A DNA stretch of 64,000 nt from positions 273,496,454 to 273,560,453 of the forward strand of contig NC_133619.1 of the NCBI RefSeq assembly GCF_048593235.1, in the 5' to 3' direction. A model generated the notes under the pieces. That model had not been told where the DNA came from. It made no database searches and saw only the letters and a list, made by a program, of their open reading frames with translations. This document shows positions 1 through 11,282 of the stretch, piece by piece; positions within the stretch are counted from its first letter, which is position 1; every line of letters starts with the position of its first letter. This stretch comes from Sminthopsis crassicaudata (Eukaryota). The position numbers and the translations under genes were made by a program.

Positions 1-450
1 CATTCAAGCCAATGCAGAGAGCACAACTCCAGTGGACTGGGCCTGTTGTTTGAATGCCAAATGTACACTTGCCTAAAAGACCATTTTACATTAAACTCAT
101 ACCTGATGGTCAGAAGAAGCATTACAAGTTCACTCTCAAGTTCTCTCTGAAGAATTTTAGAACTGATTGCATGACATGGGAGACATTGGAACAGTACCAT
201 CCAAAATGATATGCCCTCATCAAAGAAGATACTGCATTCTATGAGCAAAGCAGAATTGCAAGGGTTCAAAAGAAACGCAAGATACACAGTTTTATAGGAT
301 CCACCCCAAATGTTCAAATGGACTATTTGTGGCCAGCCTATGTCAGAACATTCCCAGTTTTTATTAGTCTCATCAGCCACAGTCAGATACATTGTACCTT
401 GACACTGACATAGAAATGTCACATTGGTCTTCTTCAAAAATGAAGAACTA
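1..450 (+). mobile_element. RTE-clade LINE, 3' end fragment (marsupial RTE type), decayed
   Basis: Resembles the marsupial RTE 3' end: ggtcagaagaagc...ctctcaag.tctctctgaagaa, tgagcaaagcagaattg...caaaagaaacgc, tcagccacagtc, ending in the tail gtcacattggtcttcttcaaaaatgaagaac. Confidence 0.85.
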
Positions 451-583
451 CCATGGTGAGCTGCTGATACAGGTATTCTGCAGGTATGGTATAGACCAAG
501 GAGAAGAGGGTTGGTAACAGAAGCTGGAGTGCTGATGGGCACACTAATGCAGAAAAGCAAACCAGAGGCAAGGGTAACTCAGC

Positions 584-597
584 GTTGCCATGGAGAC
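584..597. promoter_or_regulatory. RFX X-box-like palindromic motif
   Basis: GTTGCCATGGAGAC; its reverse complement GTCTCCATGGCAAC fits the relaxed X-box GTHNYY-AT-RRNAAC. Motif match only, with no functional evidence. Confidence 0.3.
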
Positions 598-952
598 AAC
601 AGTGTCCATCAGCCAATGCCATATGAATGCCCTTTTGGCTATGCTGTAAGTTCCCCAGGAGCAGGGCAGGATTACAGCTAGGGAAAGTGGCGTGAGGACA
701 AAATCTGATTATGGAGATAAAATGATACTTCCTTGGAGACACTCTATTATTCTGAGCCAGTCACAGACTTAAAAACAGGAGTATGCTAGGGTCATAGAAC
801 CATCTCACAATAGCTTATACAATTAATTTTAGTTACTTAAGAAGGTCTCTTTCATTTATAATATTGTTGCCATGTAAATAAATACCCTTGCAACTTTACC
901 TAAAAAAAAAATTTCACAGAACTAGTTATAGATGTTAGATGGGACATCTCTA

Positions 953-1205
953 TAATTAACAATAGCTAACATTTATCTTTTCCTTGAAGGATGGCAAAGT
1001 ATTTAACATATATTATCTCATTTCATCCTCACAACAATCTTCTTAGATATGTACTCTTATGCAAATTTTACAAATATGGTGACTAGGGTAAAAACATTGA
1101 AACAGCATGCTTGGGGTCACATAGCTAGTAAGTACATAGGGCTGGATTTGAATCCAGACCTCCTTGACTCTAAGTCTAGTGTTCTTATCCACTATCCCAT
1201 GATGC
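953..1205 (-). mobile_element. MIR-family (CORE) SINE
   Basis: Reverse-complement MIR hallmarks: tagctaacattt, atctcatttcatcctcacaacaa, attttacaaat, ggtcacatagctagtaagt, ggatttgaatccag. Confidence 0.85.
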
Positions 1206-3479
1206 TTCATTAACTACTTAATTAACAATCATTAGCCCCCAGTTCTGTAGGTACCACCCTTGACAATTTATTTGTCTTATGTGTTTACCTATGCCTTTTT
1301 AATCAGAAACAGATGCTCAGCAGTAGGATTTTTGCACTCATATTACAAGCTTGCAGGATCTCTCAGGAGTTGTCCCTAAAAACTTGATGCTTGAGCCTAT
1401 TTAAGGTATCCTTCAAATATAATTTCATTTAACTTCTGGTGACAAGCTCAGTTGCTAAGAATCCTTGTAGGCACATGAACCATGGATTTTGTGTCTCATT
1501 TAACACATAGATGGCATGTGAGAAATATCTCTAAGATACAATGCAGAAACAGTGTGAGTTAGTGAAAAGGCCACAGGGACCAAAAACTAGAAATCTTGGT
1601 TTCAAACCTTCTAAAATTCATTATGTGGCTTAGTGACTCAACTCTGTGAGTTGCCGCTTCTACATTTGTAATAAATGTATAATAATACTTGTATAAGGGG
1701 GAGGCAGCCTATGGAATGTAAAACACATGAGAGTTTTGGGTGCTGCTTCTGGAAATATGTGACTCAAAGCTAAAAAGTTTGCCCTTTAAAAGGCAAAACA
1801 TCCCCTAAAATAGATCCCCAGATCCTAGAGAACTGATAATTCAAAGGTAATGGCTACTCCCTTAGCTTCTTTCTTCCTTGATGGCTACAAATCATGTCAG
1901 GACTGTTTTGAGTTGCCTCCCAAGTCGGAAGGGACAGTTTGTTCAATTACTCTTCCACTTATCCAAGACTTCCATGAGACCATGAATATTTGCCCTGACT
2001 AAGGAAGCTGGATCCTAGGTTTGGGTAGCTTCCTCTTTTCTTTGTTATTTCCTGATCTTAGAGGAATAAACATCTATTCCAGGATGAAAATCTTTCAGGG
2101 AGTCTTGTGAGTTCAAGAAATCCAAAGGACCTGGGTCCCATTGGGGCCCATCCATCTGAATGATGGCAGAAGAGTCTTTAGCAACTATTCCTGCACTCTC
2201 AGAGAGCACAGCCATGAACAAGAGGATTAGCCCAAGCCTTGATGCTTTACCAGCAGGCATGTTACATAAATTTTTTTGGATAGGGCAAAGTAAAAATGAA
2301 ATGTAAAATGCCTAATTAAGCAGTTCTGAAAACTGGTTTGTGTATCAGCCTCCCAATAGATTGTAATAGCAAATATAAATCACTAATTTTTTTTTTTTTT
2401 GGTCAAAAGCATTGTGTGAGTCTTTTGTATTTAACATTTTTGTGGGTAGGAATAAAATAACTATCCCATACCTAATTACATCAAGTATCTTTTTAATTCC
2501 CCATTTTTGAAGACATGAGTATAATCTAATCATAAAGAGATATTTATGGAGGGGTAGGAAGGCAGGTTGGAATTTAACTAGCTAAAGAGTGTGAGAACAG
2601 GAGGAAGGCAGGCCAAACTGCACACCTGGATACAGAACAAAGAATGGTCACAATACCCAACCCCCATGGACCAAATTTCTCAATGTTCATCTTGCACTAT
2701 CAATCTCTGGAGTTGTTGAAAGGAAATGAGCTCTATAAATGGGGCTGTTGTTATTATCACCAAGCTATCTGAAACAAACAGTAGGCAAACAGAAACCTGA
2801 AAGAGAAAAAAAAAAAAGGCCCATTTCTTACATATGGAAAACTCAGACATGAAATGAACTTCCTTTTTAATTGTCCAAGTTTCAATTCTCATGGCAAGGA
2901 GGTCTAAGGTGAGCAAAGCTTTGAGTGCAGAAAAACCTTACTTTACCTGCAGTTGTCAATGTAAAACTGCCTTAGGAGTCTTAGCAACCCTCCTTTGCAA
3001 TCACTTGAGACACCACAGGCTTCCTCAACTTAGCCAGATTTCCATACATTGGTTTCTTACCGGCTGTTCTCAGGAGAGCTAATCAACGTAAAATCTCAGA
3101 GAAGCAGTTCTCCCAGCAAGTCAGGAGGGACCATAGGGACACTGTTCCTTTACCATCAGCCATGAGGTTCTTTGGAAGCCTCATTCATGTAATATAACTA
3201 ATTACTTAACACACCATACCTCTAACACCACACAGGAGCATTGCTATGCTGCACAACATCAAAATTCTATCCTTCCTCTCACCATGCTCCAGAAAGCTTT
3301 TCATCTTGGGAGCTCTTTCCACCCTGGGAATTCACACCTTCTCCCTCTGATTAGATGACTCCTCCTAAGAATCTCCATTTAAGGAGGGCACCCATGTCAG
3401 CTTTGTCTGCTACACTCTGGCCTTTCTCTATTAAACCCTGTCAACCTCAAAATATATTTATGTGTTTGCCTCCTCCTCC

Positions 3480-3600
3480 ATTCAGCTTGCCTTTTTATAT
3501 TGTTCTCCCCAATAGAATGTAAACTTCTTGAGAATAGGATGTTTTTCTATCATCATGCTTGCAGATAATAAATGCTCACTGGATGCTTATGGATTGGCTG
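3480..3600 (+). mobile_element. L2 LINE 3' terminus
   Basis: cccaatagaatgtaaacttcttgagaatagg...ataataaatgct...ggattgg resembles the L2 tail. Confidence 0.65.
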
Positions 3601-3719
3601 ACAAAACTTTCTACCCTAATCTAGAAAGAATATATGGGCTTTCTGCAGCATTGGTGTGGCTAAATACATATACATATATATAATATGTGTATAACATACA
3701 TATATGTATATGGTTTTTT

Positions 3720-3935
3720 TTAGGCAGGTATTGCTTCTATTACTTACTTATCACTAACCTTAAATAGCCTTGAACTGTTAGTTGCTTTTTTTCTTGAAAA
3801 ACTTTCCTTTTAATTGCTTATTGGATTGCTTGCTGTTTTGGGGAAAGGGAGAAAAATTTGGAATACAAGGTTTTGAAAAGGTGAATATTGAAAACTATCG
3901 TTGCATGTATTTGCAAAAATAAAATATTATTTTTA
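3720..3935 (+). mobile_element. L1 3' UTR fragment (marsupial type)
   Basis: gggagaaaaatttggaatacaaggttttg...gtgaatattgaaaactatc...catgtatttg.aaaaataaaa is the marsupial L1 3' terminus. Confidence 0.75.
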
Positions 3936-3949
3936 AAAATCCTTCCTTT

Positions 3950-4050
3950 TGGGGCAGTTAGATGGTACAGTAAAAAGAGCATTGGAGTTAGAAGGACGTT
4001 AGCTTGTGACTCTGAGCAAGTCACTTAACCCCAATTGTCTTGCAAAAAGG
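3950..4050 (+). mobile_element. WSINE/CORE-type SINE, internally deleted
   Basis: ggggcagttagatggtacagt start and gagcaagtcacttaaccccaattgtcttgcaaaaa end. Confidence 0.7.
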
Positions 4051-4720
4051 AAAGAAGAAAAAACCTTTCCTCTCACTCTTCTACCTCATCCACTTATCAT
4101 TCCACTTTTCTCTTCCTTTTCACTGCCAAACTTCAAGCATTTGTGTACGGCTGTTGCTTTTAATCCCTCATCACGGACTCTCTCTCTCTACTCTTTAGAA
4201 TCTTGTCTCTTGCCTCACCATTCTATGGAAACAACTCCTTTTAAGATCCTCAATAATCTCCAGATCACCAAATGCAATGGCCTTTTTACTCCACTTCTCA
4301 TATTCTTTGACATTTCTTCAGAATTTGGCATTATTGTCACCAACTTCTCCTGATTCTTTCTGCTCCTTTGGCCTTGGAAATCACACTCTCACAGAAACAT
4401 AGAGCCACAGAATTTGAGAGATAGAAATATCCTTAGGATCCATATCCGAATCCATATCCAAAAGAGGAAACCCTACTGTAAAATATATTGTCCTAGTTGC
4501 CCTCCTCTTTCCATTACTCCGTCCTTTGATCTCCTGAACAGATTAAGGTTCTTTCTTTGTCTCTGTCTCCCCTTTTTAAATGAACATTATATTGTGTGAT
4601 AATGGACATCACTCTAGAGGATTTTTACTAGATAGATTCTGTTTTGTTTTGTTTTTCTGCTACTGTGTAAAAATTTAAGAACAACTTATCCAATATCAAG
4701 TGAACTTAATAAAGTACATC

Positions 4721-5511
4721 CAGGCATACCTCAGATATATTGTGGGTTTGGTGCCAGACTAATATAATAAAGTGAATATCATACTTTTTTTTTTAGTTTC
4801 CCAGTGAATGTAAAAATTGTATTTACACTATACATAATCTACTAAGTATTCCTTTAAAAACAATGTATATATCTTAATTTTAAAAATACTTTATTGATAA
4901 AAAATGCTAATCAGCATCTGAGCCTTCAGTGAATGGTAATTTTTTTTGCTGGTGAAGGGTCCTGCCTCAGTGTGAATGGCTGCTGACTGATCAGGATGGT
5001 ATTTGATGAAATTGGGATGACTGAGGCAATTTCTTAAAATAAGACAACATGAAGTTTACCACATCAATTAACNNNNNNNNNNNNNNNNNNNNNNNNNNNN
5101 NNNNNNNNNNNNNNNNNNNNNNNNNNNNNNNNNNNNNNNNNNNNNNNNNNNNNNNNNNNNNNNNNNNNNNNNNNNNNNNNNNNNNNNNNNNNNNNNNNNN
5201 TTAATAGAGGAGTCAGAACATACATATTTATCAATTAAGTTTACTATTTTATATGTGCATGGTTTGTGGTACTCNNNNNNNNNNNNNNNNNNNNNNNNNN
5301 NNNNNNNNNNNNNNNNNNNNNNNNNNNNNNNNNNNNNNNNNNNNNNNNNNNNNNNNNNNNNNNNNNNNNNNNNNNNNNNNNNNNNNNNNNNNNNNNNNNN
5401 NNNNNNNCAATGGATAAAGAAGTTTGCCACAAATCTTCAATTTATTAAAATAAAAAAATGCAGTGTCTGCAAGTCACAATAAAGCAAAGCAAATAAAATG
5501 AGGCATGCTTT
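4721..5511 (+). mobile_element. Tigger1-like (Tc1/mariner-pogo) DNA transposon derivative, interrupted by two assembly gaps
   Basis: Left end caggcatacctcagatatattgtgggtttggt and right end caataaagcaaagcaaataaaatgaggcatgctt correspond to Tigger1 terminal inverted repeats. Internal ctgagccttcag...gctgactgatcagg...ttcttaaaataagacaac also matches Tigger1. Confidence 0.85.
5073..5407. other. Two assembly gaps (N 5073-5200 and 5275-5407) inside the Tigger element
   Basis: N runs in the sequence. Confidence 1.
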
Positions 5512-5616
5512 TCCAAATGACAGATTTGCATTAACACTCCTTTATTCTCTTAGCCAAGCTTTATGGCGGATTAAAAGACCATATGGCGTGGTCTCTGCCT
5601 TCAGAATGCTTACAGC

Positions 5617-5810
5617 AGCAATGTCAAACTCAAATATAAAGCAGGGTCACTAAATCCCTAATGCGAAGATCCCTATGATCTGCATGTTGACTTAGAAAGC
5701 CACATATTAACATCATTTATATTCTATTGTATTTTTATTTATTTTGTTCAATGTCTCCCAATTATGTTTTAATCCGGTTCAGGTGTTGAAGTCTGCTGAC
5801 AGTGTATTTG
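5617..5810. mobile_element. hAT-type non-autonomous DNA element (marsupial MITE)
   Basis: cagcaatgtcaaactcaaatataaagcagggtcactaa...ttgacttagaaagccacatattaacat...tattgtatttttatttattttgtt resembles a common marsupial hAT MITE. Confidence 0.6.
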
Positions 5811-6442
5811 ACAAGAGAGGGCATGATGAAGGCTGTTGGACACTAGACCGTATATTTGACTCTTCTGACTTACCACATAGAATTATTGATTTTTAAAACT
5901 GATTTTTTCATCATATTCAACCTACATTTTACATAAAGAATCTGAGATTCAGCAAGATTGATATCCCTGATATCACACAGCATAAATCTGTAATACAGGT
6001 TCCAAGATGAGAGGCAACGTAGCTACAGAAGAGCATTTTTCTCAGTAGAACAAACTGACCTCTACAGATTTCATTCTCCCTATGGGCCATTGGCTTCACG
6101 CAGAGAATAACTATGTTCTCTGAATATTATGAAATTACTGCATAGCAAAGGTCATTTGAAATATTTATACTTCTCCCACAGTGATGCACACATTGGGAGT
6201 ACTACTGAGTGCTCAGATGGGAGAAGAGCTACCCCGTGTTTTACAAGTAAAGATCCATGCTAAACATGAATACACAATAAGTTTCAACAAAATAAAGTTC
6301 CCAAAAATCCATCTCTAACAAGTGTGAGTAACTGACTATGTCATGATAAGTTTCAAGAAACTGATTATTCATAAATGAATCCTTTGTCTAGATGACTTCT
6401 CCCCTCTTTATTTAGGGTACCCCAAAAGTCTTAAATTAGATC

Positions 6443-6530
6443 TAGGATATCCCAAAAGTTTTAGTACACTGTTAATCTTTCATAGCTTTAATACCTTAGA
6501 ACCACACCAAGACTTTTGGGACATCCAATA
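6443..6530. mobile_element. Palindromic Tc1/mariner-type MITE
   Basis: Arms ggatatcccaaaagttttagt (6445-6465) and accaagacttttgggacatcc (6506-6526) are reverse complements at 18/21 positions. A partial extra copy (gggtaccccaaaagtctta) lies just upstream. Confidence 0.7.
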
Positions 6531-6709
6531 TAACCACAAACATTTCATAAAGCATGAGAGTTTTTAATGAAAAATATTCTGTCAGGGTGAAATTTGAATA
6601 TGTGATAGAATCAGATAAAAGAATGGATTCTAGAATCATACAGTCATAGTATTTCAGAGCTAGAAGAAACTCTAAATATCATCTAAGTGTCCCCAGAGTG
6701 AAAGTTAAT

Positions 6710-6915
6710 CATAATAATGGTATTAATAAACCACTTAAAGATATGCAAAGTGCTTTACAAATATTATCCCATTTTATCCCAACGCTGATCCTAGGCATTG
6801 GATTCTATTATTATCCATATTTCACAAATGAGGGAACTAAGACAGATAGAGATTAAAGCTAGTAAGTGTCTGAAGCTGGTCTTCCGATTCCAAGTCCAGG
6901 TTTTATCCACTGCAA
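6710..6915 (-). mobile_element. MIR-family SINE
   Basis: aaagtgctttacaaatattatcccattttatccc...tttcacaaatgagggaactaag...gctagtaagtgtctgaag. Confidence 0.75.
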
Positions 6916-7488
6916 TAGTCTCAATGAAAAGTCTTGGTTATTAGATGTCTCCACAAGTTACGTTCCCAAGACCACTTCTCTGAGATTTGCCAAGATTCCC
7001 AAAGAAGGAATGGAGGGGGAGGCAGCAGCAAGTATAGTGTCTCCTCCACGTTCAGATTTTGCTGTCACTATCACCAGCTACACACCTTACACGCATACAC
7101 ACAAATATACACACACATATGCTGGTAGCCTCAGACATTTAAAGAAATTTTAAATTACTCCTCATAAAGAATTGAGCAGTCTCTATAGGCTCTGTCATAA
7201 AGAAAAGGATATCCCAATTGGTGAAATGACTTACTCACAAAGCTAGTTAGTGACTGAGCCCCAGGTGGTAATTCTCCTTTAGGCTTGTATCCCAATGTTG
7301 ATTTTTTTTTCAGTTTCAACATGATCTCTCTGCTTCACTATATAAATATTTCCAAGGACTTCTTGTACTGTTTTCAACAATCTATGACATGTGGGTTAGA
7401 GACCTTGGTAAGGAATTAAATTTTACTCAGCAATACTCTCATGTCTCAATGAATGCCGTCTCAGAGCTTTGGAGAATGACACAACAAC

Positions 7489-7580
7489 CCCCACCATCAC
7501 CATCATTATCGCCACCACCGCCAGTCATCACCATGACTACCATCAGCATCATCAGCACCACCACAATCATCAGCATCACA
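7489..7580. repeat. Imperfect (CAC/CAT)n trinucleotide tract
   Basis: ccaccatcaccatcattatcgccaccaccgccagtcatcaccatgactaccatcagcatcatcagcaccaccac. Confidence 0.9.
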
Positions 7581-7668
7581 AGGCAGGATTCAGTAAACAA
7601 TTTGGGTATCCCACTGAGCATTACTAATGTCACTGCTGTTCAAAACTAATTAAGAATGTCCTCTCTCA

Positions 7669-7807
7669 GGGCAGCTAGGTGGCTCAGTGGATAGAGCACC
7701 AGCCCTGAAGTCAGGAGGACCTGAGTTCAAATCTGGTCTCAGACACTTAACACTTCCTAGCTGTGTGATCCTGGGCAAGTCACTTAACCCCAGCCTCAAA
7801 AAAAAAA
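7669..7807 (+). mobile_element. WSINE1-type tRNA-derived SINE, near full length, with poly(A)
   Basis: gggcagctaggtggctcagtggatagagcaccagccctgaagtcaggaggacctgagttcaaatc (A and B boxes)...ctgggcaagtcacttaaccccagcctc followed by an A tail. Confidence 0.92.
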
Positions 7808-7814
7808 TTATTCA

Positions 7815-7855
7815 GGGGCAGCTAGAAGCACCAGCCCTGAAGTCAGGAGGACCTG
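7815..7855 (+). mobile_element. Second partial WSINE1 head running into an assembly gap
   Basis: ggggcagctagaagcaccagccctgaagtcaggaggacctg repeats the upstream SINE head with a short deletion, then N. Confidence 0.7.
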
Positions 7856-7987
7856 NNNNNNNNNNNNNNNNNNNNNNNNNNNNNNNNNNNNNNNNNNNNN
7901 NNNNNNNNNNNNNNNNNNNNNNNNNNNNNNNNNNNNNNNNNNNNNNNNNNNNNNNNNNNNNNNNNNNNNNNNNNNNNNNNNNNNNNN
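7856..7987. other. Assembly gap
   Basis: N run. Confidence 1.
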
Positions 7988-8316
7988 CAATATTAATACT
8001 ATTTTGCATAGGACCATCATTTCCCCCCAAGGTTTTAGAGATCAGAAATCTTCTCTTATCAATCAAGAGAGTCTCTGGGCTGCCTGTCCCACATTGGTAT
8101 GTGTAGACTTAACAGCATTCAAGATCTGAAAAGTAAAGGCTGCAGAAAATCTGGGGAACAAAAACTGGAAGAGATGTCATATGTTGGAGGTGAGGAGAAG
8201 GGGAAGGAAAGATTTCTTAGAATTGCTAAAGTTCCTAGAATAGAAAAAGAAGAGAGAGTTATGGTGCTCAGGACCTGGCCCTGAAAAGCCATTTATTAAT
8301 CGCAACACTTTCAGAA

Positions 8317-8445
8317 CAGACCACATTTTCAGGGTTCCATGAAACTTCTGGGCTGGCACCCTGTTGTGAACACTGTTAGACTTCAGTACCATGTGGAGAA
8401 ACCCACTGCACTCAATCCTGCTGCCATGGTCACTATCCTAGCATG
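8317..8445 (+). repeat. Arm 1 of a 129-bp local inverted duplication (partner 9405-9533)
   Basis: Manual alignment to the reverse complement of 9405-9533 gives 129 bp, no indels and about 11 mismatches. Confidence 0.95.
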
Positions 8446-8575
8446 ATTCAGTGGTTTGGTTTCTGCTGTTCCCCTGTGTCCTTGAGGCAACAGAATAAAC
8501 CCAGAGTGACTGAGCAGCAGATAAAAATCTCTGTCCCCGAGGAAGGCACACAGAGGGAGGTGGTAGCTTTGCAAA

Positions 8576-8712
8576 AGAGATGGTGAGAGTGCTTGCTGCT
8601 CAATTTAACTCATTATTTGCCTTGAATTTAGTTCAAAGAATATGTCCTTTGCTTTTCTATGGTAGTATATGATTTATTTTAGCTTGAGTAGGAACAATTC
8701 CTTGGAAATAGA
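8576..8712 (+). repeat. Copy A of a ~137-bp local direct duplication (partner 11283-11420)
   Basis: agagatggtgagagt.ctt.ctgctcaatttaactcatt...gccttgaattt.gttcaaag...atttattttagcttgagtaggaacaatt..ttggaaataga is shared, roughly 85% identical by eye. Confidence 0.93.
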
Positions 8713-9404
8713 TCATGATCTTAATCTTTATTTGCCTCATTTCTGTTTGGGTAGCATGGACCTAACATTAGCCAACAGAAGGCCACATGATGGGGACTCA
8801 AATGTTATATTATATTAGAGGAAACATTGAATTAAAATTGGGGAGCATGAGGTTTCCAATTAAATACATTTTTAACCTAATGGTACTCCAGTTTAAAAAA
8901 AAAAAAAGGAAAGAAAGAACACTTCTTTATTGTTGGTACACAAGGAAAAGGACCAAAAATACCTCTGGAATTTGTGCTTTACTTACTGCTGTAATAATAT
9001 ATTTCTTTAAACAAAGGATTCTCTGACTTAACACCTCCATCTGTGGAATAACTCTGATGCTGTGGAAAGAGCATTGAATAAGGAATTTTGTCCAAAAAAA
9101 AAACCCAAAAAAACAAACAAACAAAAAAACCTTTTCTATCTGGTAAATCAAGTGACCTATTTGGACTTCAGTTTCCCCCTCTGTAATGGGACAAATTTGG
9201 TCTTAATGAACTCAACATTGCCATTCAACTCTAAAATTCTCTATGTAATGTTTATCTCCTTTATGATGATATTATGAGCTTAATGAGCCTAGAACTTCTA
9301 AAAAAGAGAATAATAAAATGCAAAGTTATATGGGGCAGCTTTTTTTTTTTCCTGAGTCTGTGGTACACACTATGGTTCCCACAATACAACAACAGCAACA
9401 AAAA

Positions 9405-9533
9405 CATGTTAGGTTAGTGACCATGGCAGCAAGATTGTGTGCAGTGGATTTCTCCATATGGCACTAAAGTCTAACAGTGTTCACAATAGGGTGCCAGCCC
9501 AGAAGTTGCATGGAACCCTGAAAATGTCGTCTG
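9405..9533 (-). repeat. Arm 2 of the 129-bp local inverted duplication (partner 8317-8445)
   Basis: catgttaggttagtgaccatggcagc...ccctgaaaatgtcgtctg is the reverse complement of cagaccacattttcaggg...gctgccatggtcactatcctagcatg. Confidence 0.95.
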
Positions 9534-10109
9534 CATGTGGTACAGTAGCAACAGAAGGCAAAGGGGGATTACTATGTCCTTACTCTGCAAAGAAAAAAGA
9601 TAGCAGACTTGTATGCAAGGTGCCATCACGTCTCAGACTTAAAAGCCCATTAGTCCATCATAAGAAGGAAGCAAAGAGACTTTTGTTTTAGGGTTAATTA
9701 ATTGCAGTATAGAAATCCAAGGCTTTTAAAAATAGAGAAACCTTTCCCTGAAAGAAAAAAAAACCTAATGGAAGGTTAATACACAAAGAAGGAAGAGGAG
9801 GAAGATAACTGACTTTTGTATCTTCACTTAGGACAGAACAAGAGAAAATGACTTTAAGTTGTTGCATGAGAGGATTAGGTTAGCTATAGTGAAGAACTTT
9901 CCAATAGCAAGAACTGTTTTTAAAAAATTATGTTACTGGAAAATAAGACCAACCTTATGAACATATGAATGAGGAAGCTGCCATGAGTTATCTCAAGGAA
10001 GGGGTTACCCCATCCACATCCCACTCCTTCAAATCATAACTATACATACCTTCATATACCATACATACTTCAATACCTGAAATGTTGCCATTAGAACCAA
10101 CTTCCTATG

Positions 10110-10570
10110 TGATAAGTAGAGAAAAGAATGGAGAGATTTATATAAACTGCTGTAAAGAGAAGTAAACAGAACCAGGGAAAAAAGTTTATATACAATTCAA
10201 ATGTCAAAAATGACAACAAAATCTAAACTGAATGCTGTGAAATCATGACAACTGATCAAATGAGATAATATATGTAAAATGTGTTATAGACCTTAAAGCA
10301 ATAATATATGTAGATATATATTTAAATAATTTTTATTTAAATATGTCCACATGTGTGTGTGAGATCTGAAAAACCTTAGCAAAGGCAGTTGACTAGGGAT
10401 TCGAAAAATTAAATATGTCAGAGGAAAACCCTATTTTGTTGAACTATTGTTTTTTCTTTTTTTATTATAAGAAATGTTTCTATTGAATAGGAAGGATATG
10501 AAATAAAGAGATATCAATGGAATTAATTTTTAAAACACATAAATGAAAATTTTAAAATAAATGATTAAGA
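10110..10570 (+). mobile_element. Old L1 3' region fragment
   Basis: gaatggagagatttatataaactg...aaacagaaccagggaaaa...tatacaat pattern of degraded marsupial L1 3' ends, followed by an A-rich tail. Confidence 0.5.
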
Positions 10571-11282
10571 ATTCAGTATAGTATTGTAAATGTAAAAGAC
10601 ATTTAATCAATATTCGGCAAACAGTTGAGGAGGAAAATGCACTGATCCCTGGGAGAGTTTAGCCATTAAACACTACTGGTCATTTTTGCTGAGGCTCCTA
10701 GTAAGGCAGACATAGTGAGGTGGTTAGTATGCTCCTGCCAGCCATAAAAGAGCTACCCTAGAGTGGAGATGTAGGGTTAAGCAAGCTGTACTCTGTAGAA
10801 GCCTGCTGCTATTTCCTCCTCCAATATTTTCTCCCCAAATACCTGGTGTGCTGACTTTCCCCTCACCCACTCCTTTAGATTATTGTTACAAATTTCTTCT
10901 TTGTTCCTGCCTCACCCTCAGGATTTATTTTCCTACTGAAATCTGACTTGTCATTTATTTATCTTTTGAAAGCTGAGCCAGAACATGCCTTGAAATATAC
11001 CTTTTCTTCCTCCCCTGCAGGGTCCCTTGCACAGGCTCTGTTAACTGTCCCCATTGCCAATATTCATCAGTAAACCAAAAACCAAACCAAAACAAACCTC
11101 CAACAGAAACTCAGGGAATGGTGGAGTTTCTTGCTTCTTGGAAGTCCTTCTAGATGGGGACTTTGGACGGGAAGCCCCAAAACCAACATGCCCCAGCAAC
11201 CGTTGGATCAAAGCTTTGCAGAAATGGCAACATTCCAAGTGGCTCTTTCCACCTTGCAGAAAGCAAGTTTCTGAAACCAGGT

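Noticed and set aside
7808-7987. Tandem WSINE1 dimer as a novel composite SINE
   Set aside because: The second head runs straight into an N gap, so a scaffolding artefact or a simple insertion into the A tail is more likely.
8317-9533. Whole interval as a DNA transposon with 129-bp terminal inverted repeats
   Set aside because: No TA, 8-bp or 9-bp target-site duplication at the outer ends, no transposase remnant, and the ends do not resemble TIRs I know.
8177-9691. Paralogous ORFs M(V/A)LKSNSVHNRVPAQK(F/L)HGTLKM on opposite strands as duplicated genes
   Set aside because: The similarity simply reflects the inverted duplication. About 4 of 9 codon changes are synonymous, which is too few to show selection, and the frames diverge outside the arms.
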